A stretch of DNA of 64,000 nucleotides from Candidatus Omnitrophota bacterium (GCA_041650035.1 JBAZLY010000001.1:29238-93237); one strand, 5' to 3'; shown: positions 1 to 8,299, counted from the stretch's first letter. Translations and numbers: made by a program. The notes: generated from the sequence alone by a model not told the origin.

Positions 1-129
1 AACTTCCCCTATCTTGTGAGACTTGCCGGTATAAAAGAGTATACGTTCGCTTAAAGTCGTTTTTCCGGCATCTATATGCGCCATTATACCAATATTTCTG
101 ACCTTGCTTAAATCGATTAAACGTGCCAT
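1..129 (-). CDS. fusA: EF-G-type translational GTPase, first 43 codons only (gene runs off the left edge of the window)
   Basis: Not in the ORF track because it is under 60 aa. Reverse translation from the ATG at 129-127 gives [43 protein letters not shown]. This is the EF-G G1/P-loop block ([23 protein letters not shown]). GGAGAG lies 3 nt upstream of the ATG. Confidence 0.8.
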   Translation of the reverse strand, partial: MARLIDLSKVRNIGIMAHIDAGKTTLSERILFYTGKSHKIGEV

Positions 130-144
130 TTTCTCTCCTGTTTT

Positions 145-187
145 AAATAAAAAACCTTCTCTTGGTCAACCTAACACCAGAAGAAGG
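145..187 (-). terminator. Intrinsic-terminator-like hairpin plus U-tract between mfd and the EF-G start
   Basis: Minus strand reads CCTTCTTCTGGT-gttaggttg-ACCAAGAGAAGG. That is a 12-position stem with 10 Watson-Crick pairs, 1 G-U and 1 mismatch, followed by TTTTTTATTT. It ends about 15 nt before the EF-G ATG. Confidence 0.55.
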
Positions 188-217
188 CCGCGTGTTATAT
201 AGATTGATTTACCGCAT

Positions 218-246
218 ATGATATATTATTTTAAAAAATATGTCAA
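218..246 (-). promoter_or_regulatory. Candidate sigma70-type promoter upstream of the EF-G gene
   Basis: Minus strand TTGACA (246-241), 17-nt spacer, TATCAT (223-218). It lies upstream of the hairpin at 145-187. Confidence 0.4.
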
Positions 247-299
247 TAATATCTTTAAAAAGCGGTAATGTTACCTCCAATCTGCCCCAAAAAACCTGC

Positions 300-2234
300 T
301 CATCGCCTAAACATGACCTTATGCCGGTCAACGGCATCCCTCAACAGACGGCAATAAAGGTCGAATCCTACAGCGGCGATATAGCCATGCTGCTGGGTAC
401 CTAATATATTACCTGCGCCCCTTATCTGCAGATCCTCCATTGCTATTTTAAATCCCGATCCGAGCTGGGTAAAACGCTCTATTGCCAAAAGCCTGCGGCG
501 CGAATCCGCAGGGACATCACATTTAGATACCAGGCAAAGGCAGAAGGCCTTAACATTAAACCTGCCGACCCTGCCTCTTAACTGATAGAGGTCCGCCAGT
601 CCGAATTTATCCGCGTTATTGATAATAATGGTATTTGCGTTCGCTATATCAATGCCTGACTCTACTATTGTCGTTGATACCAAAACATCTATATTACCTT
701 TTATAAAATCCAGCATCACGGCCTCAAGCTCTTTTGCTGACATCCTGCCGTGCGCTAAAGCGACACGGATACCGCTACCGCAAAGGCCCCGTATCCTTTG
801 AGCTATCTTATCAATACCCTCTATCCTGTTATTAATAAAATATACCTGCCCTTTTCTGGATATCTCATTTAATATAAATTTTTTTAACAGGCCATCATCG
901 TAGGCAGAGATAATTGTCTTTATCGGCAGCCTGTCAGGCGGCGGGGTATTTATAGCAGACATATCCCTGGCACCCGTAAGAGACATATAAAGTGTGCGCG
1001 GTATAGGCGTAGCCGTCATTGTGAGCACATCTACAAGCAGCCTTAGGGCCTTGAACCTTTCCTTTGCCTTTACACCAAAACGCTGCTCCTCGTCAATAAC
1101 AACAAGGCCGAGATCTTTAAATATTATATCATCTGAAAGAAGCCTGTGTGTCCCGATAACAATGTCTATACTTCCATCTTTTAGCCCGGTAAGCACCTGG
1201 ACCTGCTCACTCTTTGTGCGAAACCTTGAAAGCATCTGGATATTTACAGGGTAATGCTTCATTCTAACACAGAATGTATTATAATGCTGTTCAGCCAGTA
1301 TGGTAGTCGGGACAAGGATAGCCACTTGTTTATTGTCCATTACGGCCTTGAATGAACCCCTTAAGGCCACTTCTGTTTTGCCATACCCGACATCCCCGCA
1401 TAATAATCTATCCATAGGCTTTGAGGCCTCCATATCAGCCTTGACCTCGGAAGAGGCCTTCGCCTGATCTATGGTATCCTTATAAGGAAAGGATTCCTCT
1501 ATCATTTTCTGCCAATCCGAATCCTTTGAAAATGAGAACCCCTTAAGCTTCATGCGGCTTGCCTGCATATGAAGAAGCTCAAGGGCATACGAAGCGGCTA
1601 TCCTCTTGGTCTTGTCTTTGGCCTTCTGCCATGCCTTTGAACCAAGCCTGCTTAATCTTGGGGCATGCTTATAAAAACTAATGTATTTTTGTATTAAATT
1701 TATCTCGCGGGCAGGGACATATAACTTATCCTTATTTGCATATTCTATTAGCATATAGTCATTGACAGTCCCTGTATGCTCTTTTACCTTTCTAATCCCT
1801 TTGTATATACCTATACCATGGTCTATGTGGACAACAATATCTCCTGAGATGATATCCACAAAATTATCAATAGGGATGGTCTCGCCCGGGCCTGAAGGGA
1901 TGTCCTTTTTGACATGTCCGTGGCTTGCCGCGCGGGGGGGTATTATGGCTATCTGGTGCAGGGATAACATCTCCGATGAAACAAGGCTGAAGGAATATAT
2001 GGCGCTTATTTTATTATCGCAGAAATCAACCCTTACAGGCGAGTCATAATTCATCGGGAAGACGTCAACTATACCGCCTCTATGCGCGAAATCCCCTTCT
2101 TGAAAGACAAAATCGGATGTAATATAACCTAAGCCGACCAGCTCTTTCAAAAACGTCTCTTTTTCCTTGTCCTGACCGCAGTATAATTTTATCGACCTGA
2201 ACTCTTTGCGGATTTGGGGAAGGGATGTTTTCAT
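300..2234 (-). CDS. mfd: Transcription-repair coupling factor Mfd, short form (644 aa)
   Basis: CarD/RID-like block GDIVVHIDHGIGIYKGI...LYVP; SF2 Walker A GDVGYGKTEVA; DEEQ box VIDEEQRFG; QLRGRVGR; TRG motif DLQIRGAGNILGTQQHG. The protein ends about 30 aa after the TRG motif and starts about 130 aa before the RID. Confidence 0.9.
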   Translation of the reverse strand: MKTSLPQIRKEFRSIKLYCGQDKEKETFLKELVGLGYITSDFVFQEGDFAHRGGIVDVFPMNYDSPVRVDFCDNKISAIYSFSLVSSEMLSLHQIAIIPPRAASHGHVKKDIPSGPGETIPIDNFVDIISGDIVVHIDHGIGIYKGIRKVKEHTGTVNDYMLIEYANKDKLYVPAREINLIQKYISFYKHAPRLSRLGSKAWQKAKDKTKRIAASYALELLHMQASRMKLKGFSFSKDSDWQKMIEESFPYKDTIDQAKASSEVKADMEASKPMDRLLCGDVGYGKTEVALRGSFKAVMDNKQVAILVPTTILAEQHYNTFCVRMKHYPVNIQMLSRFRTKSEQVQVLTGLKDGSIDIVIGTHRLLSDDIIFKDLGLVVIDEEQRFGVKAKERFKALRLLVDVLTMTATPIPRTLYMSLTGARDMSAINTPPPDRLPIKTIISAYDDGLLKKFILNEISRKGQVYFINNRIEGIDKIAQRIRGLCGSGIRVALAHGRMSAKELEAVMLDFIKGNIDVLVSTTIVESGIDIANANTIIINNADKFGLADLYQLRGRVGRFNVKAFCLCLVSKCDVPADSRRRLLAIERFTQLGSGFKIAMEDLQIRGAGNILGTQQHGYIAAVGFDLYCRLLRDAVDRHKVMFRR

Positions 2235-2261
2235 TTCAACACGAACCTGTATTTGTTTAAC

Positions 2262-2304
2262 TAAATTCGCACTTATAACTTACGCTTTTCCTACGGTCGC
2301 GTAA
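2262..2304. repeat. 43-nt perfect direct repeat, copy 1 (fabG-mfd intergenic)
   Basis: taaattcgcacttataacttacgcttttcctacggtcgcgtaa, identical to 2359-2401. Confidence 0.95.
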
Positions 2305-2358
2305 ACCTGCGTCAACATGCAGATCCTTCTAATGCTCCCGTTGGTCGCATTATCAGGA

Positions 2359-2406
2359 TAAATTCGCACTTATAACTTACGCTTTTCCTACGGTCGCGTA
2401 AGTTAT
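2359..2406. repeat. 43-nt perfect direct repeat, copy 2, extended by flanking sequence into an 11-bp hairpin just after the fabG stop
   Basis: 2359-2401 is identical to copy 1. ATAACTTACGC (2372-2382) pairs with GCGTAAGTTAT (2396-2406) around a 13-nt loop. The hairpin lies 9 nt from the fabG stop codon (2415-2417). Confidence 0.9.
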
Positions 2407-2414
2407 GTGCTCAT

Positions 2415-3155
2415 TTACATAACCATGCCGCCATCAACCTTAATAACCTCGCCTGTGATATAAGACGAGCTGTCACTAACAAGGAAAAGAGCAAGATTTG
2501 CTACATCTAAAGGACTGCCAAGCGAATTCATAGGTATGAGTTTAAGCATCGCCCCTTTCTGTTCATCGGTCAGCTTATCCGTCATCGGCGTCCTGATAAA
2601 TCCGGGGGCTATAGCATTAACATTAATCCCCCTTGAGGCAAGCTCTTTAGCGCTGCTCTTTGTAAGCCCTATCAATCCGGCCTTGCTCGCGGCATAATTA
2701 GCCTGTCCGGCATTGCCCATAATACCTATAATAGAGGCAATATTAACTATCTTGCCGTATCGCTGTTTCACCATGGGCCTGCATGCGGCTTTCGTAAAAT
2801 TGAAGGCCCCCTTAAGGTTTACCCTTAATACAGCGTCCCAATCTTCTTCCTTCATGCGCATCAGCAACGAATCTCTTGTGATGCCGGCATTGTTGATGAG
2901 TATATCAACTCTGCCGAATTTGTCAAGGGTTTTATTGACCATGTTTTCACAGGAAACGTAATCCCCCACGTCCACTACCGATATGTCGCATTTCCCGGAA
3001 AAGGCCTCTATTTGAGACATCGCCCCGGTAAGCGCCTGCTGATTCACATCACACAAAGCAATATCGGCGCCTTCCCTTGCCAAGGCAAGGGCAATCTCGT
3101 TTCCTATGCCTCTTGCGCCGCCTGTCACTATAGCAACCTTATTTTTTAATTTCAT
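2415..3155 (-). CDS. fabG: 3-oxoacyl-[ACP] reductase
   Basis: Classical SDR: TGGARGIG, NNAGITRD, NYAASKAG, APGFIRTPMT, C-terminal VDGGMVM. 246 aa. Confidence 0.9.
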   Translation of the reverse strand: MKLKNKVAIVTGGARGIGNEIALALAREGADIALCDVNQQALTGAMSQIEAFSGKCDISVVDVGDYVSCENMVNKTLDKFGRVDILINNAGITRDSLLMRMKEEDWDAVLRVNLKGAFNFTKAACRPMVKQRYGKIVNIASIIGIMGNAGQANYAASKAGLIGLTKSSAKELASRGINVNAIAPGFIRTPMTDKLTDEQKGAMLKLIPMNSLGSPLDVANLALFLVSDSSSYITGEVIKVDGGMVM

Positions 3156-3219
3156 GGCACTCTATGATTAACATATCAACAGGTAATTAGTCAAGTAAAA
3201 TCTTAATCAACTTTAAAGA

Positions 3220-3600
3220 TTATTTTTGAGAAATTCTTTCCCAACTGGATAGCTTACCCTGGCTATCAAAATGAAAATATATCTTATCACCTTTAAAATA
3301 TGTCGAAGCGGGCGGTTTATAAACCCATCTTGTGCCGTCATCTGCGACCGATACAGGCTGTCCGCATATCTTGACCAATTCCTGCTCCGAGATGCCCCGG
3401 CTTATGTCTCGACCGTTCAAAAATAACAATGCCTTTTGATAATTTAACCCGTCGGCCTTATCCTGCACCTCTATAGCATCCATACTGTCAGAAATGCCTT
3501 TAATCTTTCTAAGCTCCCCTGCGGGATATGACTGCTTGGCAGGAAAAATACAAACCATCAAACATACTATTAGTAATATTATATTATTATGTTTATTCAT
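3220..3600 (-). CDS. Small secreted hypothetical protein (126 aa)
   Basis: N-terminal signal-like hydrophobic segment NIILLIVCLMVCIFPA. Candidate promoter TTGCAA-17-TAATAT in the 81-nt gap upstream. Only a vague BamE/SmpA-like feel, so no function is assigned. Confidence 0.6.
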   Translation of the reverse strand: MNKHNNIILLIVCLMVCIFPAKQSYPAGELRKIKGISDSMDAIEVQDKADGLNYQKALLFLNGRDISRGISEQELVKICGQPVSVADDGTRWVYKPPASTYFKGDKIYFHFDSQGKLSSWERISQK

Positions 3601-3681
3601 ATAATTTATAACCTATAATCGCATATTAACATTAAAGGAATGGATTTGCAATAAAAATTAGGATAAGAAAATACTCTTTCT

Positions 3682-6102
3682 TTAAGCTGCGCGCGTAAGG
3701 GCGTCTTGAATAACCGCTCTTGCGGAAGACGGCACGAAACGCGGAAAACCGGGCTGGACTCGCAAACCTGGAACAGGGGTTGTAACGGTAATTTTAACAT
3801 CATTTCCAAAGCCTTCGGGGATATAGATAATCTTGCCGTTATCATTTATAATAAACCTTACCTTATAAAAAAACTCTCCTGCGTGCATCAACGGCAATAT
3901 CAGGCTGAATCCATAAACCGTCTTGCCCTGTTCGCTTTTTACCGCCTTACAATTCATGTCAAGCGCGTGCCAAACCCCTTTACCGTTTATATCCGTCCAT
4001 ACCTGCGCCCTGATATTTTTTATCGGCACTGAATCCTCCAGAGTAAGTTCAGCCTTAACAATAAACCCAGCCTCCGTAAGGGCATTTGATAATCCCGCAG
4101 TGTTCCTTATGGCCTTTTCCGCTCTCTGCGCCCTCTTGGCCGGCAAAAACACCTCAAGGACATATCTCTTGATCATATTTTTTATATACAGGATCTTGGC
4201 ATCCTCGTAAACCTTCACGCGAAAATCCCCCCACGCCTTTGCACCGTTTTCTTTATGGCCGTAATATAGATTCGATATGGCCGACAAGGCATAGTAGAGC
4301 TCCAAGGGCTTTATCTCTTTAAGTATAAAACCGTTACCTTCTCCTGTCAGGGCGTCATACGGCCTGACAAATTCATCTCCCCACATGCCTGATGACATTA
4401 TCGGTATGTTACCGTTTATTGCCGCGCGCATACCGCTTGTGCCGCAGGCCTCTTCCTGATGCCCTGTATCGGAATTTCTTCTCGGCATCTCTATCCAGGC
4501 GTCTGTCCCGCAGGCAGCGGCCTTCATAAGGTCAACGTCATTACCTGATACAAAAACAAACCGGCCTTTCAGCGCAGGGTCATGCATCCATTCAATAAAT
4601 TCAGCTATCCATGACTGAAGATCATTATTGTGTTCATTGACAATAATACCGCCCACAACAACCTGAATACCCAAACCCTCTACGCGAATATCGCTTCCTC
4701 CGATATTCACTATCGTGTCCACGCCCTTGTCCTGGCAGAGGGCATTGATTATAGGTTTTAACATGGGCAGCTGCTGTTTGTAGTAATCTATCCTTCTTAT
4801 CGCGCAAACTACGGGCTTTGATGGGTCAAGCTTTATACCGGTCTTTTGCTCCACAAGGCTTATAAACCTTTCCTTGTCCTTTTCATGTATATTCATCAAC
4901 TGCTCGGAGTCCAGTCTTTCATCGGGCCGTTCCGCTTCTTTCAACATATCGCTTTTCCAAAACTCGCCCGTACCGTTTAACACGCCTTTTATTTTGTCTT
5001 TAAAACCGGGGAACATATTCATCAGCGTATTCTTATGCCTATAACTTACACCGTTTACAATATGCGCTAATATCATTGCCGCGCGCGAAAAATTCAGGTT
5101 ATTGTCTTCATCCACAAATATATCCTTAAGCCCCCCGGGCAGGTTCATCCTGAAAAACCAATCCCCCTTTCCATAATATATCTGCAGCCCTGCGGTAATA
5201 GGGGTATGATTTGTAAACACATATGCCGTGTCCGAAAAATAGGGGTCATTAACCGTTTCCGCCATAGCTATAATGGTATGGGCCTCGTTGACCCGCAATA
5301 TAGCGGGTTTTATTCCAAGCGATTTCAACAATTGCGGTACCACCTTTCCAATAAGTACCTGTTGAGAGAACCTGCCTTCCTCGCTGTCCGTATAAAGTAT
5401 ATCGTCGACATCCTTGCATGCTACCATAAAAACCGGAGTCCCCGCCCTGCTTAGAGCAAATATAGCGGCCCTGAAGTTTTTATATGTCCCTGACGCGGGG
5501 TCATACATAATAACATCAAATTTCAACTGGCTGCCGTCACCGGCGCTAACAGGCTTAATCGGCTTAGACGGGTTAACTTCAAGTTGCGGATAATCAAAAA
5601 TATCGGGATCAGAAAATAAGCCGCAATTAATAGGATTGCCGCAATCAACAAGAGCGTCATAATCCACCTTGACCTTCTCGAGCCGCTGTCTCTTGTTCTC
5701 GCCGTCAGTCCTGGGCACCAGCCTATTCTCATACATAGGCATAACGATAAAAGGCTTTATACCGTGGACACGTTCATCAGATACGGCTTTTTTATAACCC
5801 TCACCGCTATCACCTTCCAAGATACCCAGTCCTCCCCTGGAGCCTTCCAGGGCATTTTGTTCAAGCTCAGGCAATATGGCCTCCATAGACATATCAACAA
5901 TAACACCTCCAACACCTTTAAGGACATCTTTCCAGGCATCTCCGCCAAGCTCGACCCTTAAATGGGGTGCCGGCAACGTGTGGGAGGAGAGTCCGTGCAT
6001 TATCGTTTCCCGGCCGGATACCCTGCTGGATTCCGGCCTCAAACAATAACCCTTATGGCAGGATAAAATTAAACAGATAAATATTGTGAGAAATTTTTTC
6101 AT
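3682..6102 (-). CDS. Exported GT35 alpha-glucan phosphorylase-like protein with atypical active-site motifs (806 aa)
   Basis: GT35 blocks GGLGILEGD, NEAH, FTNHTPITAG, NGVSYRH and EACGTSGMRAAINGN, where the family consensus is EASGTSGMKAxxNG. N-terminus MKKFLTIFICLILSCHKG looks like a lipoprotein signal (ILS|C). Confidence 0.75.
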   Translation of the reverse strand: MKKFLTIFICLILSCHKGYCLRPESSRVSGRETIMHGLSSHTLPAPHLRVELGGDAWKDVLKGVGGVIVDMSMEAILPELEQNALEGSRGGLGILEGDSGEGYKKAVSDERVHGIKPFIVMPMYENRLVPRTDGENKRQRLEKVKVDYDALVDCGNPINCGLFSDPDIFDYPQLEVNPSKPIKPVSAGDGSQLKFDVIMYDPASGTYKNFRAAIFALSRAGTPVFMVACKDVDDILYTDSEEGRFSQQVLIGKVVPQLLKSLGIKPAILRVNEAHTIIAMAETVNDPYFSDTAYVFTNHTPITAGLQIYYGKGDWFFRMNLPGGLKDIFVDEDNNLNFSRAAMILAHIVNGVSYRHKNTLMNMFPGFKDKIKGVLNGTGEFWKSDMLKEAERPDERLDSEQLMNIHEKDKERFISLVEQKTGIKLDPSKPVVCAIRRIDYYKQQLPMLKPIINALCQDKGVDTIVNIGGSDIRVEGLGIQVVVGGIIVNEHNNDLQSWIAEFIEWMHDPALKGRFVFVSGNDVDLMKAAACGTDAWIEMPRRNSDTGHQEEACGTSGMRAAINGNIPIMSSGMWGDEFVRPYDALTGEGNGFILKEIKPLELYYALSAISNLYYGHKENGAKAWGDFRVKVYEDAKILYIKNMIKRYVLEVFLPAKRAQRAEKAIRNTAGLSNALTEAGFIVKAELTLEDSVPIKNIRAQVWTDINGKGVWHALDMNCKAVKSEQGKTVYGFSLILPLMHAGEFFYKVRFIINDNGKIIYIPEGFGNDVKITVTTPVPGLRVQPGFPRFVPSSARAVIQDALTRAA

Positions 6103-6166
6103 TAAAACCCGACTATTTGAAATTTACGTACGTGGATGAGAAATATAATCTAAATGCTATAGTTTG

Positions 6167-6195
6167 ATTATATTTTTCACCTGTTAATTTGTCAA
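6167..6195 (-). promoter_or_regulatory. Perfect-consensus sigma70 promoter for the GT35-like gene
   Basis: Minus strand TTGACA (6195-6190), 17 nt, TATAAT (6172-6167). The roughly 58-nt leader contains the palindrome ACGTACGT. Confidence 0.6.
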
Positions 6196-6477
6196 TCAAA
6201 AAACAAAAAAACTTTTTTAATTTTTAATATTATGCCGCGCGCAGGGACTCATCGCATATTTAATGTACCGGTGAATAATATTAAGACAGTGATGAAATTA
6301 ATCATATATGCTCTTATAATAATATGATTTAAGACGCAAAAAAACGGTTGAGGCAAAAGGATATAAAAAACAAATATTATTAAATGTTTTATAAATTATG
6401 CAATAATCATATCACGCACAATATCAACAGTCAATATAAATATACAGAATCTTCCAGAATACACATAATATCATTTT

Positions 6478-8130
6478 TTACCGGCCACATCCTCCGGAAT
6501 CAATTGACTTTGAAAGATACCCGCCCGTTAAAGCATCAATGTCGGCTGTAAGCTCCGCCAATCTAATCTGCTTAAGCCTAACCTTCGCATCATCATGATT
6601 TGTGTCATCAGCAAGCTCATCCATCAATCTCAATCTTTCAAAATATATCTTCGTCACCTCATTTAATATGTCATTTCTTAACTGCACCATGAGCCTGGAA
6701 CGGACATCGATGTTTGTCTGATGATAGCTCCATATCAATTCACTAAGGTCCCAATCCAACCTTATTCCCCACCCAAGATTCTTATCTTTAGGGCCTTCTA
6801 TAAAGATATCGGAATCATTCGTGCCTCCTCTATCAAGCTCTATAGTCCGGGTGTCGTTTCCATCTAGACTTAAACTTAAATCAGGAATAAGCGCTTGCGT
6901 TTTCGCGGCCTGACGCATCCACTTGATTTTCTCCGGTGACACCTCGGCGTATTCAATGGCAGCCTTTTGTATCTCGGATATGCCGGGCACCCGCGGCAAG
7001 AGCCTCCGCGGTCCGGCCATGCGCGCTTCACGATCAAAGGCAGGCGGCGGCGCTATTCTGAATAGGCCATTCTGCGTGGCGGCAAAGATAAAATCGTTTT
7101 CAGAACCCACATCAAGCATATTTATCTCTAAGCTGCTAAGCCCCGCCGAATAATCCTTCCACTTACCCTCTTTATATTCGTATTTAAAAATACCCTTGCG
7201 GCTTGCCCCAAGCAAATATTCAGGTGTAGCTATTATATAATTCATCTTCTGGCTTAGCAGGCCCTCTGAATTCAGCCGCGTCCAGCTATTACCACCGGCC
7301 TTTGACAATAAAATGCCATTGCCGGTACATATATAAACATTATCTTCATGCATCGCGATAGAATTAAGCGCCTTAAAGACGTACTCCGGTTCGGTCTCAT
7401 CGTTTGTGTCTATATTATTGTCGGACTCCTCCCCAAATTCAATTAAATTATATACCCTGTCCCACGCATCACTGCCTGTCTCCTGATAGTATACACCGTC
7501 ATCAGCGCACACATAGAAGAACCCCTTACCCGCATGGACAGACCTGATCTCCTTATTAATGAAATAGCCTTCAGCAGACCAATGCAGGCCCGAATCATAG
7601 CTTTTATATAAACCCCTTCGAGCTCCGATTATAACTATATCACCTTGAATGGAATGGGCGATACATTGTATATCCCTCTGCGCCTCATCCGGGCCGCTAT
7701 GCCGTTTTGTCCATGAACTGCCGCAATCAACACTGACATACAACCCGTTTGACGTTGCGGCATAGATAATGGATTTGCCGTTCGGATCATAAGAAAGACA
7801 ATTTATCCCCTCCCTTTCTCCTGTCAGCATAAATACCCTATCCCAGTGGCCGCCCCAGTCACAACTTTTATACACACTCTTTCGACAACCGGCAAAAACA
7901 AGGCCCGGACACTGGCCTATAACCCTTACCGAATTAACCCCAACTTCATCAATGCCGTTATCCGATTTATGCCAAATATTGCAGTCTGCGGCCCAATTAT
8001 GGACCGGGCATAAAGCCATAAGGCAAAGACCAAATATAGACAACACCCATTTCTTAAATCTTAAAACCGCCGGGTGATTCGCTGTTTTTTTAGGCCTGGC
8101 GCCTGGCCTTCTTGCCTTGCCGCGTCCCAT
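6478..8130 (-). CDS. Secreted or membrane-anchored BNR/Asp-box repeat protein with an uncharacterised C-terminal domain (550 aa)
   Basis: Asp-boxes SCDWGGHW, SVDCGSSW and SYDSGLHW, plus degenerate SKAGGNSW and TGSDAW. Basic N-terminus followed by the hydrophobic segment WVLSIFGLCLMALC. AAGGAGG SD upstream. The last roughly 190 aa carry no motif I recognise. Confidence 0.7.
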   Translation of the reverse strand: MGRGKARRPGARPKKTANHPAVLRFKKWVLSIFGLCLMALCPVHNWAADCNIWHKSDNGIDEVGVNSVRVIGQCPGLVFAGCRKSVYKSCDWGGHWDRVFMLTGEREGINCLSYDPNGKSIIYAATSNGLYVSVDCGSSWTKRHSGPDEAQRDIQCIAHSIQGDIVIIGARRGLYKSYDSGLHWSAEGYFINKEIRSVHAGKGFFYVCADDGVYYQETGSDAWDRVYNLIEFGEESDNNIDTNDETEPEYVFKALNSIAMHEDNVYICTGNGILLSKAGGNSWTRLNSEGLLSQKMNYIIATPEYLLGASRKGIFKYEYKEGKWKDYSAGLSSLEINMLDVGSENDFIFAATQNGLFRIAPPPAFDREARMAGPRRLLPRVPGISEIQKAAIEYAEVSPEKIKWMRQAAKTQALIPDLSLSLDGNDTRTIELDRGGTNDSDIFIEGPKDKNLGWGIRLDWDLSELIWSYHQTNIDVRSRLMVQLRNDILNEVTKIYFERLRLMDELADDTNHDDAKVRLKQIRLAELTADIDALTGGYLSKSIDSGGCGR

Positions 8131-8175
8131 CTCAACCTCCTTCTTTATCCCACCGGGACATGTCTTTAATGGATA

Positions 8176-8204
8176 TTTATATCAGCAATTTGATTATTTG
8201 TCAA
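8176..8204 (-). promoter_or_regulatory. Candidate promoter of the BNR-repeat gene
   Basis: Minus strand TTGACA (8204-8199), 17 nt, TATAAA (8181-8176). The spacer contains one copy of the AATTTGATTAT repeat. Confidence 0.45.
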
Positions 8205-8248
8205 TTTATTTTATTTTTATTCAAATTTCAAGATACAAATTTGATTAT
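8187..8248. repeat. Two copies of an 11-nt direct repeat AATTTGATTAT in the divergent control region
   Basis: Copies at 8187-8197 and 8238-8248, 51 bp apart start to start. Confidence 0.8.
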
Positions 8249-8261
8249 AACGCAAATTCAC

Positions 8262-8290
8262 TTGACAAGACCGGCCTATTCTGTTACATT
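8262..8290 (+). promoter_or_regulatory. Candidate promoter of the XRE-cupin regulator operon
   Basis: TTGACA (8262-8267), 17 nt, TACATT (8285-8290). The ATG at 8300 is only 9 nt after the -10, and no SD is present. Confidence 0.45.
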
Positions 8291-8299
8291 AAAATTGTT

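Noticed and set aside
130-2414. Possibility that the short Mfd is an artefact of a frameshift or a split gene
   Set aside because: Both flanks were read in all minus-strand frames. They are AT-rich or repeat DNA with stops throughout and no UvrB-homology or D7-like peptide. The truncations therefore appear to be real, at least in this assembly.
6103-6477. 375-bp very AT-rich intergenic region, examined for a CRISPR leader or repeats, small ORFs or a mobile-element end
   Set aside because: No direct or inverted repeats beyond the ACGTACGT palindrome, and no coding frame with an SD. It is explained as the promoter and upstream region of the GT35-like gene.
8117-8299. 61-codon N-terminal extension of the XRE-cupin ORF as given in the track
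   Set aside because: The extension runs through the AT-rich divergent promoter region, including the -35 and -10 hexamers. It encodes Phe/Ile/Tyr-rich sequence, and the HTH domain begins right at the ATG at 8300.
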